Assembly: GCA_043228905.1 (NCBI GenBank) | Contig: JBHGNT010000015.1 | Coordinates: 8,308,001-8,372,000, forward strand | Origin: Azolla caroliniana | Lineage: Eukaryota; Plantae; Polypodiophyta | Length of the DNA: 64,000 nt | Direction: 5' to 3' | Shown here: piece after piece, positions 1 to 11,371 of the stretch | Layout of the letters: each line of letters opens with the position of its first letter | Position numbering within the stretch: position 1 is the first letter of the stretch | The notes under the pieces: generated by a model | Told to the model about the DNA's origin: nothing | What the model saw: only the letters and a program-made list of their open reading frames with translations | Database searches by the model: none | Program-made: the position numbers and the translations under genes

Positions 1-78
1 CATGTCCCTCATCTTCGACTTCCACACTGAATAGTTGGAGCCGGTGAGCTTGAACATGCCTCCCAATGAATCGTCCAT
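1..78 (-). pseudogene. gag: Ty1/Copia gag N-terminus (element continues left of window)
   Basis: Minus strand reads MDDSLGGMFKLTGSNYSVWKSKMRDM, matching the Copia gag starts at 51223(-) and 52481(+). Confidence 0.9.
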
Positions 79-93
79 TGTCTGTGTCGTTTT

Positions 94-105
94 GCTCTGA
101 TACCA
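94..105 (-). promoter_or_regulatory. Primer binding site, tRNA-iMet
   Basis: GCTCTGATACCA = reverse complement of TGGTATCAGAGC, 2 nt from the LTR edge. Confidence 0.92.
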
Positions 106-107
106 TT

Positions 108-910
108 TGACAGGAACTACACGTTCCGTTTACTCGACGCTCGGCCACAACCGAGCCTAGAATAAAACACAGAAAAGAAAAGAAAAAACAGGGAATGAAA
201 CACAACACGATAGAGAGAAGAGTACACAGGATGTTTACGTGGAAAACCCAAACTCGGGAAAAACCACGACAGCCCACAGACCGCGAACTATCACTATGTC
301 AGAATGTACAATAAGAAAGCACTGAGGTCATGACCTCGAGCTTGCTATCTTCGCCACAGGCGGCGGTTACAATCAGAGGCAACAACCTCTTCTTCTCTCT
401 CTCTCTCTCTCTGTACACAGTTGCACGCTCTAATCTTGCGCCAACAAGAATGACAACAACACCCTCTAAAGTTTGCCCTAAGTCATATTTATACTAATGT
501 GACTTTTCGTCTATTTACAAACATAGCCCCGATGGACTCTCAGTAAAACATATTTACGGATATGTCCCTTCATCCGGTGAGCACTCCTCACCGGGCTTGC
601 ATCATCCGGCGCTTGCCGGGTACTCTTCATCCGGTTCTCACCGGGTCTTCCGTTTCCGGGTACTCCTCATCCGGTTCTCACCGGGTCTCCACCATCCGGC
701 TCTCCGTAGTCGGGTACTCGTTATCCGGTTCTCACCGGGTCTGCACCATCCGGCTCTCCGTTTCCGGGTACTCGTCATCCGGTTCTCACCGGGTCTTCCG
801 TGGTTGGGTATTCCTCATCCGGTTTCGGTCTCAGCCTATCGGCCTCGACCGAGTTTGCTCATTAGTATTGTTCTTCTCACTTCCCATCCGGAGGGACCGG
901 TTTCCTAATA
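108..910 (-). repeat. Copia 5' LTR with 54-bp CCGG-rich tandem repeats
   Basis: TGACAGGAAC...GAGGGACCGGTTTCCTAATA; homologous to LTRs at 40598, 46711 and 51320. Confidence 0.88.
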
Positions 911-1074
911 TTAGCCACTGATAAAAAATGGGAAATAAGAATGGAGTGGGAAAACATATGGAGTACGATAACGACATATTTGTCGAGCAAGGGTGAATCC
1001 CCCTTGGCTCTTCTTTTGAACCCAAGTCAATGAGACTTTTCTCTTGGAATGTGCAAGGACTTGGTGGGTCCCAT

Positions 1075-1522
1075 TGTTGTCCACAAGAATAGTAACCGAC
1101 GGACAAGAGCGTAGGAATAGGAAATAGTATAAGATTGTAACGCATGTAACGGTTCACGCAGGAAGCATGAATGGCTAAAAAGACCCTGCGTATATAAAGG
1201 GAAGAAAACCTCTGATAAAGGGGGCGTGTAATTTTGGAATGTAAAGAAGCGTATCGTAATAGAATTCTATCTTCTTTGATACCTGTGTATAGCTACGACT
1301 AATCTACTATGTGCCTGTAATACCTAAGAGTGTAGAAGTAAGCAACGTGAGTGTGTAGCCACAGTTAAGGAGTTTGGTTGTAGCCGTCTCCCTTCTACGC
1401 TGCTAGGTTACGGGGTACATTCCCCTACGTATTACGCACAGACGCCACCGTTCGTTGTTTCATAGTCACTTGGAGGTCTAGGTCGAAGGACTGACTGTAG
1501 ACCGTGTTCCTAATCGTTGACA
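1075..1522 (+). repeat. 5' LTR of deleted Gypsy
   Basis: Direct repeat of 3088-3535; TATA-like TATATAAA near 1191. Confidence 0.93.
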
Positions 1523-1684
1523 CTTTTGGCACGCTTGGTGATCTGTGTCTTCTCACAGACGAACAACGACGAATGGATATTTAGCCGCAGACGCCCCAGA
1601 GAACCAACACGACAAGACCGGCCAATCATAAGGTCCTCAACGACCTTAGTACTACCTGTTGTGAACACACCCGTAGCCCCTAGC

Positions 1685-1835
1685 ATGGCTTTTGCCTATC
1701 CCCGCTTTAACTCATATTCGCATGTTCCTCAATGTCTGGAATGCAAACCACATGGCGTAGAGCCTTTCTGAGGCGGTAGCACACCAGTCCAAAATGACGG
1801 AGTTCGGGTTAACATTGGATGGGCTAACGGCCGAA
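1685..1835 (+). pseudogene. gag: gag N-terminal remnant
   Basis: MAFAYPRF../HIRMFLNVWNANHMA*SLSEAVAHQSKMTEFGLTLDG aligns with MPFQYSKY..AHVHAFEQTWEANHVSQ*..SKIAEFGVTLEG of the element at 61490-61670. Confidence 0.75.
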
Positions 1836-1839
1836 AGGC

Positions 1840-3040
1840 AATAAAAACCCTTGAAGAGAAACTTGTTGCGGAGGTAGCACAACACATCCGGACAAAAGAC
1901 GAAAACGCCCAATTACGGGAGGAAGCGAAGAAATCGGAGGCGGCAATCGCGGGACTCCGGACCTTATTGGAGAGAAAGAAGGTATGGTTCGACGAGCAGC
2001 TGGTGGGCGAACAGGAAAGAAGGCATCAACCCGAAATCCGCCTAAACAATGAAATAGGGAAATTAGAAGAGCTCCATGCAAAGGAATCCCAGCTGTGGGT
2101 GGGCCTGAAGACCACGTACGAAGAAGCGGCGGCGGTTAGTCAACAAGAAATTGCAAACCTCAAGAAGTCGGTGGAAGAAGCACGCAACCGTTGCCAGGCC
2201 ATCACAGACAACGTGCGTATCCTTCTACAAACAAATCGGGAGAGGTTCACAACGCAATTGAAAACGGCGCTAGACAAAAGATGGATGGGGTGGGCAACCC
2301 AAGCAGCGGAATTGCACGCTTATCATGCGGACTGGGAGAACTGGCGAAAAGACGGCCGAGGTTTCTAAAAACTCAATGAGGAGAGCATTGCGGCAGTACG
2401 CGAGGACCTAGCACAAGACTATCGCGCACTCGCGGACCAACATTCCGAAGAACTCGCAAAACTCTTAGATGATTTTGGTGAAAGCCAAGAGGAGCTATTT
2501 CACCAGATCACACAAGCCAGCCGCACGCGAATAAATGAGGAATCCATCGCAACGCCAATTCCGGGCACTGCCGAAGACGAGGAACCTCAGGCCGGGTCAC
2601 CAGAAATTACGACGACGGTGGACAGCGTGGAACGCCGAGCGGAGTCCCCCACATTACCAGACAACGAAACCGCTGCCCAAGAGGAACCCCATCTACAGGA
2701 CCCCACGCTATTGGCCGACCACACGGAGAACGTTGCGGACCAAGCGGAACTACAACCCCACTCCTCGGAGCGTACAACGACGGCCGACACCACAGAGGAA
2801 GTGACGGTTGAGACAGAGCCGCGACCGACCGCAAGCACAACGACGGCTGAGCCCAACCCACTAGCCCAAGAAGAGCCCATCGTACCCGGACCGCCCACAC
2901 AGGATGACCGCGACACCAAGAGAAGCCCTCCCGACCAAATAGGGGAACCACACCACGATGGACCTACGGGCCCTACGTCGCCTCCGGATGCGGACACCGT
3001 AGCAGAGCCAAACATTCGGGCCATTTTGGAAGAAGATTAA
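1840..3040 (+). pseudogene. C-terminal half of the Gypsy extra ORF (coiled coil plus acidic/Thr-rich tail), one internal stop
   Basis: WMGWATQAAELHAYHADWENWRKDG and terminal IRAILEED* match WTKWAQNAAELQLLRADVANWRKEG and ILDILDEE* of ORF 53270-55537. Confidence 0.78.
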
Positions 3041-3087
3041 TGGGATGGGTCTGACGTGCCAGGGCACTGTCCCACAGGCGTGCCAGG

Positions 3088-3535
3088 TGTTGACCGCCGA
3101 AATAGTAACCAACGGACACGAGCATAGGAATAGGAAATAGTATAAGATTGTAATGCATGTAACGGTTCACGTAGAAAGCGTGAACGGCTAAAAAGACCCT
3201 GCATATATAAAGGGCAGAAAACCTCTGATAAAGGGGGCGTGTAATTTTGGAATGTAAAGAAGCGTATCGTAATAGAATTCTATCTTCTCTGATACCTTTG
3301 TATAGCTACGGCTAATCTATTGTGTGCCTGTAATACCTGAGAGTGTAGAAGTAAGCAACGTGAGTGTGTAGCCATTGTTAAGGAGTTGGGTTGTAGCTGT
3401 CTCACTTCTACGCTGCTAGGTTATAGGGAACATTCCCCTACGTATTGCGCACAGACGCCACCGTTCGTTGTTTCACAGTCATTTGGAGGTCTAGGTCGAA
3501 GGACTGACTGTAGACCGTGTTCCTAATCGGCAACA
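3088..3535 (+). repeat. 3' LTR of deleted Gypsy
   Basis: Direct repeat of 1075-1522. Confidence 0.93.
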
Positions 3536-6500
3536 CCCATCATCTGCTTGAGAAGCGAATTTTTATGAAGGAATTTGAAGCTGTTAACTTATGTAGGAAG
3601 ATTGATATTTTGCTCTTACAAGAACATCACCTTGGCCGAGAAAGGACATAACTTTTCAAAGACCCGTTGCTAGGGGATTGGCACACATGGTGGGATCCAG
3701 CTCACGGTGTGCTAGAAAGGAGAGGTGGAGTTTGTATTTCGGTGAGAAAATCACCGGATATCGCCATTTTGGATCATGGCATACTGATAGAAGGAAGGGT
3801 CATGTTCTGCTACCTGGAATGAAGGAATGTGAAATTTGGGGTGTTGAATGTCTATGCACCAAATAGTAGTAGTGAGAGGACCTCTTTTTGGAGTGAGCTG
3901 GCAAACAAAATCCCCTCTTATGACAACTGGATAGTACCAGGAGATTTCAACATCATTGAGAGGACTGATGATTGTCTGGGGGCTCACTCGAACTTGTTAC
4001 AAGGAGAGGAGCTTAGAGCATGGGGTTTCTTAATTGCTATGCTTGGAATCAGAGACTCTTGGTATGCTAGTATGGTGGTTGAGGAGAATTCCTTGCGGTT
4101 TTCACGATTTGGTGGGAAGGAGAGTGAAGGATGTCACTCTAGATTGGACCGCATCTATGTCAGCCCCAAAATTGAGGATTGGAGCGGTTGCACATCCATT
4201 CTAGCTGGCTTTACCTCCTCCGATCACCTTCGAGTTTCCTTGACTCTCGATCCTATTCATAAGAAAAGAGTGAGTGCAATTTGAGGATTCCTCCGAAGAT
4301 TTTTGGTATCCAGAAGGTTAAGGATGAAGTGATTAACATCTGGTTAGCATCTCCATCATCCGACGACCCGTTAGAGGTATTAGAGGATAAGATTATTAAT
4401 TCTTCACATGCTCTTCAGAAAGAGGCTAGAGAGGAGCTGGTAAGGTGTCATTCCTAGCTACAACGCCTGAGGAAGGCATTCATCTTAGCTCAAAAGCTTA
4501 CGCAAGTGGACCCACACTGTTCTTGGGCGAAAGATAGACTGCATGAAGCCACAAGGGTGCTGCAGGAGACTAGGCAGCAACGGGAGCAATTCCTCTTCAG
4601 AAAGTCGGCAGCATGGTGGGTTGTCAAAGGAGATAAAGTTAATAGTGAGTTTTTTCTTACCAAGGCTCCAAAACTTAAGGGAAAGCCTATTCTAACTCTT
4701 AAGTGAGAGGATGATTCGGTGACAACTGACCAAGATGAAATCTTGCAAATGACAACGAAGTATTACAGAGACCTTTTAGCTCCAACATTGGCAGAAGCCC
4801 CACCAATTAACTTGATGCATCATGTAGTTGCATGCTCGAAGACCAGGATTGGAGAGGTAGCCAAATCACAGTTGTCAAAGACCATAGAGAAGGAAGAGAT
4901 TGTCGCGGGGTTAGATAGGATTCATAGCAGGGCTTGCACTGGAGTTGACGGCCTTCCCAAAGCCTTCTTCGTGGAATTTTGGGAGCATATTTTTCCTAGT
5001 TTGGAAGCTGGATTCCAAGAAATGTGGAGAACGGGAAGGATGCCGAGCAACTTCAATGAAGGATTGATATACCTGATTCCTAAATCGGAGAAGGTGTCAC
5101 ACAAGATTAGATAGTGGAGGCCCATCACCATTTTAAATCTCATTTATAAAAAATTTGCTAACATACTAGTGCAGAGAGGCAAGCCCTTTCTAGGAGATAT
5201 CATCCAAACCAATCAAACTGGTTTCATGGAGCATCGATCTATTATGGACAATGTGATATTGTTTTGGGAGGCTGTTGCGACAACAAGGGAGACCAATCAA
5301 AACATAGCTTGTCTGATGGTTGACTTCGAGAAAACCTATGATCGAGTGCAATGGTATTTCCTTGAAGAAGTGATGAAGGTGATTGAGCTACTGTGGGAAT
5401 GGAGGTGTGCTGCTCAAGCCTTATATAAGAATGGCTCAAGTAAGGTGTTGATTGCAGGGAAGAAAGGAGCTAGAATCTCTCTAACTAGATCCATCCGGCA
5501 AGGTTGTCCTCTCACCCCCTTTCTATTCCTCTTTATTACTGAAGCAATGTCTGCCTTTTTGAATAGTCAGACGACAAATTTACATGGTCTTTCAATCCCT
5601 AACACAAGGCAGTCCTTGCTCGACTCGGAGTTCGCGGACGATATGATGCTATACCTCCAAGGTAATGAAGCGAATATGGGGAGGGTACAAATTGCTATCG
5701 AAGCATCGGGAGCCACCATCAATTGGAATAAGTTCAAGGGTTTTTGGATTAGCTCGGAGACCAAGCTGGTATGGAAACCAAATGTTGATTTCAGATGGAT
5801 TGCAAAAGGGGAAGGCACCATATATCTGGGAATGTGGATTGGTGTAGATATCGACAAACGAATACAATCGCAACAAATTCAAAGCAAAATTTGCAACAAA
5901 ATCCGTATCTGGTCAGGGATGAATTTATCATTAGCTGGCAGGATCATAGTAGCTAACCATGTGCTCTTGTCTACTATGTGGCATGCGGTCTCTGTGTGGA
6001 TGTTTGACAGTCATGCTATTCGTATTGTTAAAGCATGTATCAGGGGCTTTCTATGGGATGGGAATAGGAAAGACAACCCAACAGCTAAAAGTATCATGGT
6101 CTACGTTGATTCTTCCCAAAAGTAGGGGGGTTTAGGATTGATCGACCTCGGAGTACAAAGTCAATCATTGCTATGTAAGGTATTGGTAAGGAGCTTGCTG
6201 CCCGGAAATGAGTTAAGAAAAACATTGATTTTTAATGGGAGCATCCTTTGGAGTCCACGACTTGGTGGGCATTGGAAGCCACATAAATCATGGCTATTTT
6301 GTATGGACTTAAAGCTTAGGAGGTCTAATCGGTTGGCTGATCGCACATGTATGTCAATGATGAAGGCGTGGGATATGCTCTGTGGGCATCTTAGCCGTAT
6401 AGGTCCAAATACTAATGCTGAATGGATGCACCAACCCCTATTGTGGAACGAGACCTTAAAGTTGAACAAGGGGAAGATGGTTGGCTAGAGCAAGGGTATG

Positions 6501-7270
6501 TCGTGGGCTATATTGCATGGCGTTGGGATTTAGTCCATGGCAAATTGGATGCAGTTGTCCCCTAGTAATCAGGATAAATTATATGAAGATGCGAGAAAGT
6601 TCAGAAATGGTAGGAAGATGCTTGACCTAGTCAATAAAGTTGTTTACTCTATTCCTATTAGTAATGGGGAAGAGGGTGAATGGTTCAGACAATGTGATGA
6701 TGCAGGAAAAGTTATCAATGCCAAGGGTATAGGAAAGAATGGGAAGATCATCCAATTGGGATTTGTAGTTGTAGGTGCTCGTTGGTCCTCAATTAGAATT
6801 GTGGCACGAGATGGTAAGAAATGGAAGGTGAATCCATCAGTCGATGAGGTTGAGGAGGATTAGATCTTGTATGTAGTTGAAGGCAAGCCACTCGAGTGTT
6901 TAGAATGGGATCCCGCAGAATATACGTGGAGGGACGAACAAGGTAAATCACGTGGTTTCTTTGACTACTCAACTCGCTTGGGGAGACATTTATACTTGCA
7001 TCGTGAGAAGTGTGTCAACAAATGGACCCATGTAGTTGTCGATTCAGTCTTTGTGGATAAAACTAGGAGTAGGATATGGAACTCATCCCTCCCCGAGAGG
7101 GTCAAGGTGTTTTTTTTGCCTAATCACCCATCGGGCTGTTCCAACCGGAGAGTGGTTGGGGAAAAGGGGTGGTATGAGTAATTGCAAGGTCTATGGAGAA
7201 AATTTGGAGGACATCACCCATTGTTTATGGAGCTGCTCGCGAGCCCAAGAAGTTTGGATGAGGAGCTTAA

Positions 7271-8323
7271 TGTTGAGAAATAGCACGGAATATCGCTCGG
7301 CCACAACCGAGTCTTGAACACTTCGATGAGAATGGAGAACACAAAAATGGGAACTAAAGAGTGAACACAAGATGTTTAGATGGAAAACCCTAATACAGAA
7401 AAACCACGGAGCCCACAGACTCTCCGAACTATCACTATGAAGAGAAGGGGTACAATCAGAGACTCGTAGGCAACAACCTCGAGCTCGGTTTCTTTGCCAA
7501 GCGGCGGTTACAATAGAGTATCACTATGTATCTCTCTCTCTCTCTCTCTATCGTTCTCACTGTACAACCGTTACAACAACAATGATCAACTACACATATA
7601 AAATGATTGCTCTAAGTCATATTTATATTTATATGAACTTAGGGCTATTTACAAATATAGCCTCAATGGGCTTACGGAGAAACATATTTACAGATATGTC
7701 TTCTAGATCCGGTTCTCAAGATCCCATCTAGAGGGACCGAAATCCCAACAATCTCCCCCTTCACTCTGGCATGGGATGTTTCGTTAGCTTGATCCGCGTC
7801 CGACATGCGTCCAACTTGTTGGGTGTCAGCACTTTGGTCAGCATGTCCAACCCGTTCTCCTCTGTGTGGATTTTTGTCAGCACGAACTCTTGATCTTCTA
7901 CTCTTTCCCGGATCCAGTGGTACCTCCGCTAGATATATTTTGTCCGGGAATGGTAGGCCGTGTTCTTTGCAAGGTGGATGGCACTCTAACTGTCGCAATA
8001 GAGCCGATATTCCTCTTGTCGGATCCCTAGTTCACCGATGAAGTTCTTCATCTAGATTATTTCCTTGCCGGCTTCTACAACTGCCATGTATTCCGCCTCC
8101 GTGGTTGACAACGCAAGCGTCTGTTGCAGCCTCGACTGCCCATGAAATAGCTCCCCCTGCATAAGTCATGACATAACCAAATGTAGACCGGCTGGTATCC
8201 GCATTAGCCGACATGTCCGAATCCGTGAATCCGTGAATCCGTCGAGTTGAGGTTTATCGGAGGCGAATTGGAGGCATATACTCGAGGTGCCTTTGAAATA
8301 CCGAAGTATCCACTTGATCATGT
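7271..8323 (-). mobile_element. 3' end of a Copia element inserted in the LINE (3' LTR 7271-7750, PPT, degenerate RT/RNase H); host of Gypsy A and B
   Basis: LTR related to the other Copia LTRs but lacking the 54-bp repeats; ATCTCCCCCTTCAC (minus-strand PPT) at 7751; KWILRYFKGT and TSRSTFGYVMTYAGGAISW motifs. Confidence 0.85.
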
Positions 8324-8971
8324 TGCCGTGAAGAAAACCGTCCACAAGCGGAATCGGTCCACCGGAGCGTAGGAACCGGCTCTTCATGCACGCACGCCTT
8401 ATGTTGTACATAAGAAGATCCTAGGTAGGTAGATTCGGTAGGTAGGAAGTTAATGGGAAATGGCTCCTTCCTTGCCTATGAAAGGAGGGAGACGAGGAGG
8501 GGGGAAGGATCGGCGGATAGGGAGGACGAAGTGCTGTCGGATTGTCGACCGAAGGCTTCTCTCTCTCTCCCAAACTCCGTAGCTTCTTTCTATGCAGGTT
8601 TTCGGGAGGCTCGCGCTGCTCTGAGGAATGCCCGAGTGCTTCCGGCAACACCTCCAACCTACTCCTTTCCTTCTGAGCGTTTGTGAACAGGCATCGGCAT
8701 CTGTTCGCCGGCCTGTTCGGTTGTAACCGACTTCGTGCTTCTTGTTGTTTGTGTCTGTTAATATATACTTACATACCTTTGCGCCTCTCTGTGTTGTTTC
8801 CCCCCCCCCCCCCCCCCCCCCCGCTCGCGTCTTCGTGTCGAAGGGTCATGTCCCTGTGGATCTACGCTCGCACATAGTAGGTCCCTTCCCTTCTCCTTTC
8901 CCTATTGCTCTTCGGTACAAGACCCCCGAGGTCCCGCCTCATTCCACACATCCGCGAGGAATACCTCGACA
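8324..8971 (+). repeat. Gypsy A 5' LTR
   Basis: Direct repeat of 30886-31519. Confidence 0.92.
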
Positions 8972-8974
8972 TCT

Positions 8975-8991
8975 TGGTGAACCCGACGTGA
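8975..8991 (+). promoter_or_regulatory. Primer binding site, tRNA-Trp
   Basis: TGGTGAACCCGACGTGA is complementary to the plant tRNA-Trp 3' end (..UCACGUCGGGUUCACCA, recalled); identical copy at 32125-32141. Confidence 0.8.
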
Positions 8992-9013
8992 ACGAGGCGG
9001 CAGAAGAGCAGAA

Positions 9014-11141
9014 GATGAAGGGGTCGGATCTTGCGGAGGCCATGGCTTCGGCCGTGGATCGGATATTGAGCGTGCGCGAGGGCACCGACGCCCTCGACAG
9101 AGCCATTGAGGTGGTCGTCGGTACGATCGGCCGGTTCAGCGGAAAGGATGCCACGAAGTATTTGGCGTCCTACGGGGCAGAAATGCTGATGCGGGACATT
9201 CCGGAAGAGAGGCGTCTTGCCGGGTTCCCTCGAGTGGCGATGCCGAGCGTCCATGCGGAGGTGCTCGAGGTACGGGCAGAGAGCCGTACCTGGGAGGAGT
9301 TCGAAGGCCGACTCCTAGAGAAATACGGGCTGGACGACGCACTCCGGCTTTCGAAACGGGACTTCATGGAATGGGTGGAGTCCCCCGGCAAGGGAAGAAA
9401 CGCGTTGGCACTCCTCCGGGAGTTTGAGGAACGCTTTGCGCGCCTTTCGGTGCTTGACCGAACCGTTGTGGATACGAGCCGGGTCCTACTGTTCGTCAAG
9501 TCGGTGGACGAGCGGGACCGGGATCAAGTCGGCTCCTTGCTGGAAACCGAAGACGGGCTGACGACCAACTAGGTTGCGGTTAAGAGAGTCTGTGGCCGTT
9601 TCGACAAACGGCGAGAATGGGTTGATAATGGGGCGGCCGGTGCGGGCTCGGTCACAGCAAGGAGGCTTGAACCGGCACCGCAAGGGTGAAGGGAAGAGAC
9701 CCGGGAGTGGCTCGAAACCGGTTCGGCTTCGACCGGCATGGTTAATGGCTCGTCCGGAGGAGCAGCGCTGGAGGAGTTGACGCGGGCGATAAAGGATCTC
9801 CAGATCGCCCAGGCTCGAAGGGAAGGCGGCGAACCGGCTCGTGACCAATGGCCGGCAGCAGGGAACAGGTGAATGTGGTGCGACGAGGTCGGCCACATTC
9901 GGAAGGACTGCGGCGATTTCGCAGAGGCGTTGAGGAACCAGGTGGTGTACCTGTGGGAAGGCCGGGTGCATGCCGGCGATACCAGAAGGGCCCTAAACCG
10001 GAATGACGGGCGAGGAGGTATGAAGAGACTGATGGAAGAGGCAGCGGCCCGACACGTGGAGGCCATTCACTACTCGGCGTCGGCCGGTATTCGGGTCGGG
10101 GGCAGCGAGGCCCGAAAGGAAAGCAAAGACGGATTCTGGCCGGCAATGCTGGAAGGCCTCACCGGCGCGCGGCTGAGGAAAGATGAAGCGGACCGCGCTG
10201 AGAGACGGGTCCGGGAAATAACCGGGTGGAGCGACCTGGTCGAGGAGAAGATGGGCTTCGTAGAAGCCGCCTGCCGGAACTACGAGGCTCTGGTAGAAGA
10301 CAAATGAGTGGGGAAGGCCGGAGCGGTCGGGCCCTCACAACGATACGAGACCCGATTCGGGCAACGACGGAACGATGCCGGTGGGTCTGGCGCGCAAGAT
10401 AACCCCAGGAATGGCGGATACCGACTGGGGACGGAAATAGAAAGGGCCACGGACCTACGAAAGGTCCTAGAGGAACGGATCCTCGACAACAAAGTGGAGC
10501 TGTCACTGCGGGAGGTGCTAGGGATCGCCAAGAAGGAGTTCCACGACTCCATCATGGACCTGGTGAAACGGAAGAGGCTGTCGACGGAGACGGAACCGGA
10601 AAGACCGGTGGAGGTGCGGACGATGCACATCGATGACATGGTGCTGGAAGATGAGTGGGCGGAGAGCCACTATTCAAAGCCGCACTGGGCCCGAGCGACC
10701 ACGGAGACCCCGATAAAGATCGGAGATGTTCAGGAACCGGTGGTGGCATTGGTGGACCACGGTTCGGAAATAAACCTGATGTCCATGGACTTCTATAAGA
10801 AGGGAAAGTGGCCGATCAACACCAAGCACGGGTGGAAGATACGGGCGGCGACGCGCGCCACCGAGGAACTGCACGGGGCCTGCCCAAACGTGCGAGTCAA
10901 GATCGGCGGCGTCGAGATTGACCAGCACTTCTTCGTTTAGGAGACGTCCTCGCACCCGGTCATATTAGGGGAACCGTACATCACAGCGGCGCGAATGGAG
11001 ACCAAGGTGCTGGACAATGGTTCGGCCTACGCGAGGGTCAAAAGCCAGGACGGGCGCCATTCGGTCCAATTTCTGACGGTGCAGCCGAACCACGAGCGAA
11101 ACCGCGAATCCCTCGGTGGCGAGAACCGAGAGGATTTTTAG
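9014..11141 (+). pseudogene. gag: Gypsy A gag-protease (several stops)
   Basis: Zn-knuckle remnant MWCDEVGHIRKDC; protease ALVDHGSEIN; ends at GAT TTT TAG. Confidence 0.85.
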
Positions 11142-11371
11142 AGAGGGCTGCCAAGGCGTGGGGCCGAGACAGTTCGGACACTCGGGAAAGACCCCACAGC
11201 TGTACGATAGAACCGAAACCGAAGAAACCCTGTACGATAAGTAAAAATTTTTGCTTCTCCAACAACGGAGGGTGTATGATAGTCGGCATCGTTGGCTGAG
11301 AAAAGGGAAGGGCGGAGGAGCGACTTCGAGCATGCGGAGTTCTCGGCCCAGACGAGGAAATCAACGGAGCC

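Larger units (their letters stand above)
1075..3535 (+). mobile_element. Non-autonomous, internally deleted Ty3/Gypsy element (relative of 52783-62741)
   Basis: 448-bp LTRs at 1075-1522 and 3088-3535 (TG..CA); 5-bp TSD CCCAT (1070-1074, 3536-3540); PBS-like TGGCACGCTTGGTG after the 5' LTR; no pol. Confidence 0.93.
1030..7270 (+). pseudogene. LINE (L1/Tx1-like) ORF2: APE endonuclease, reverse transcriptase, C-terminal zinc finger; many stops and frameshifts; interrupted at 1075-3535
   Basis: MRLFSWNVQGLGG at 1030; NVYAPN, GDFN, SRLDRIYV, SDH (3829-4284); QGCPLTPFLF and FADD (5169-6125); EDITHCLWSC (7036-7317). Confidence 0.9.
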
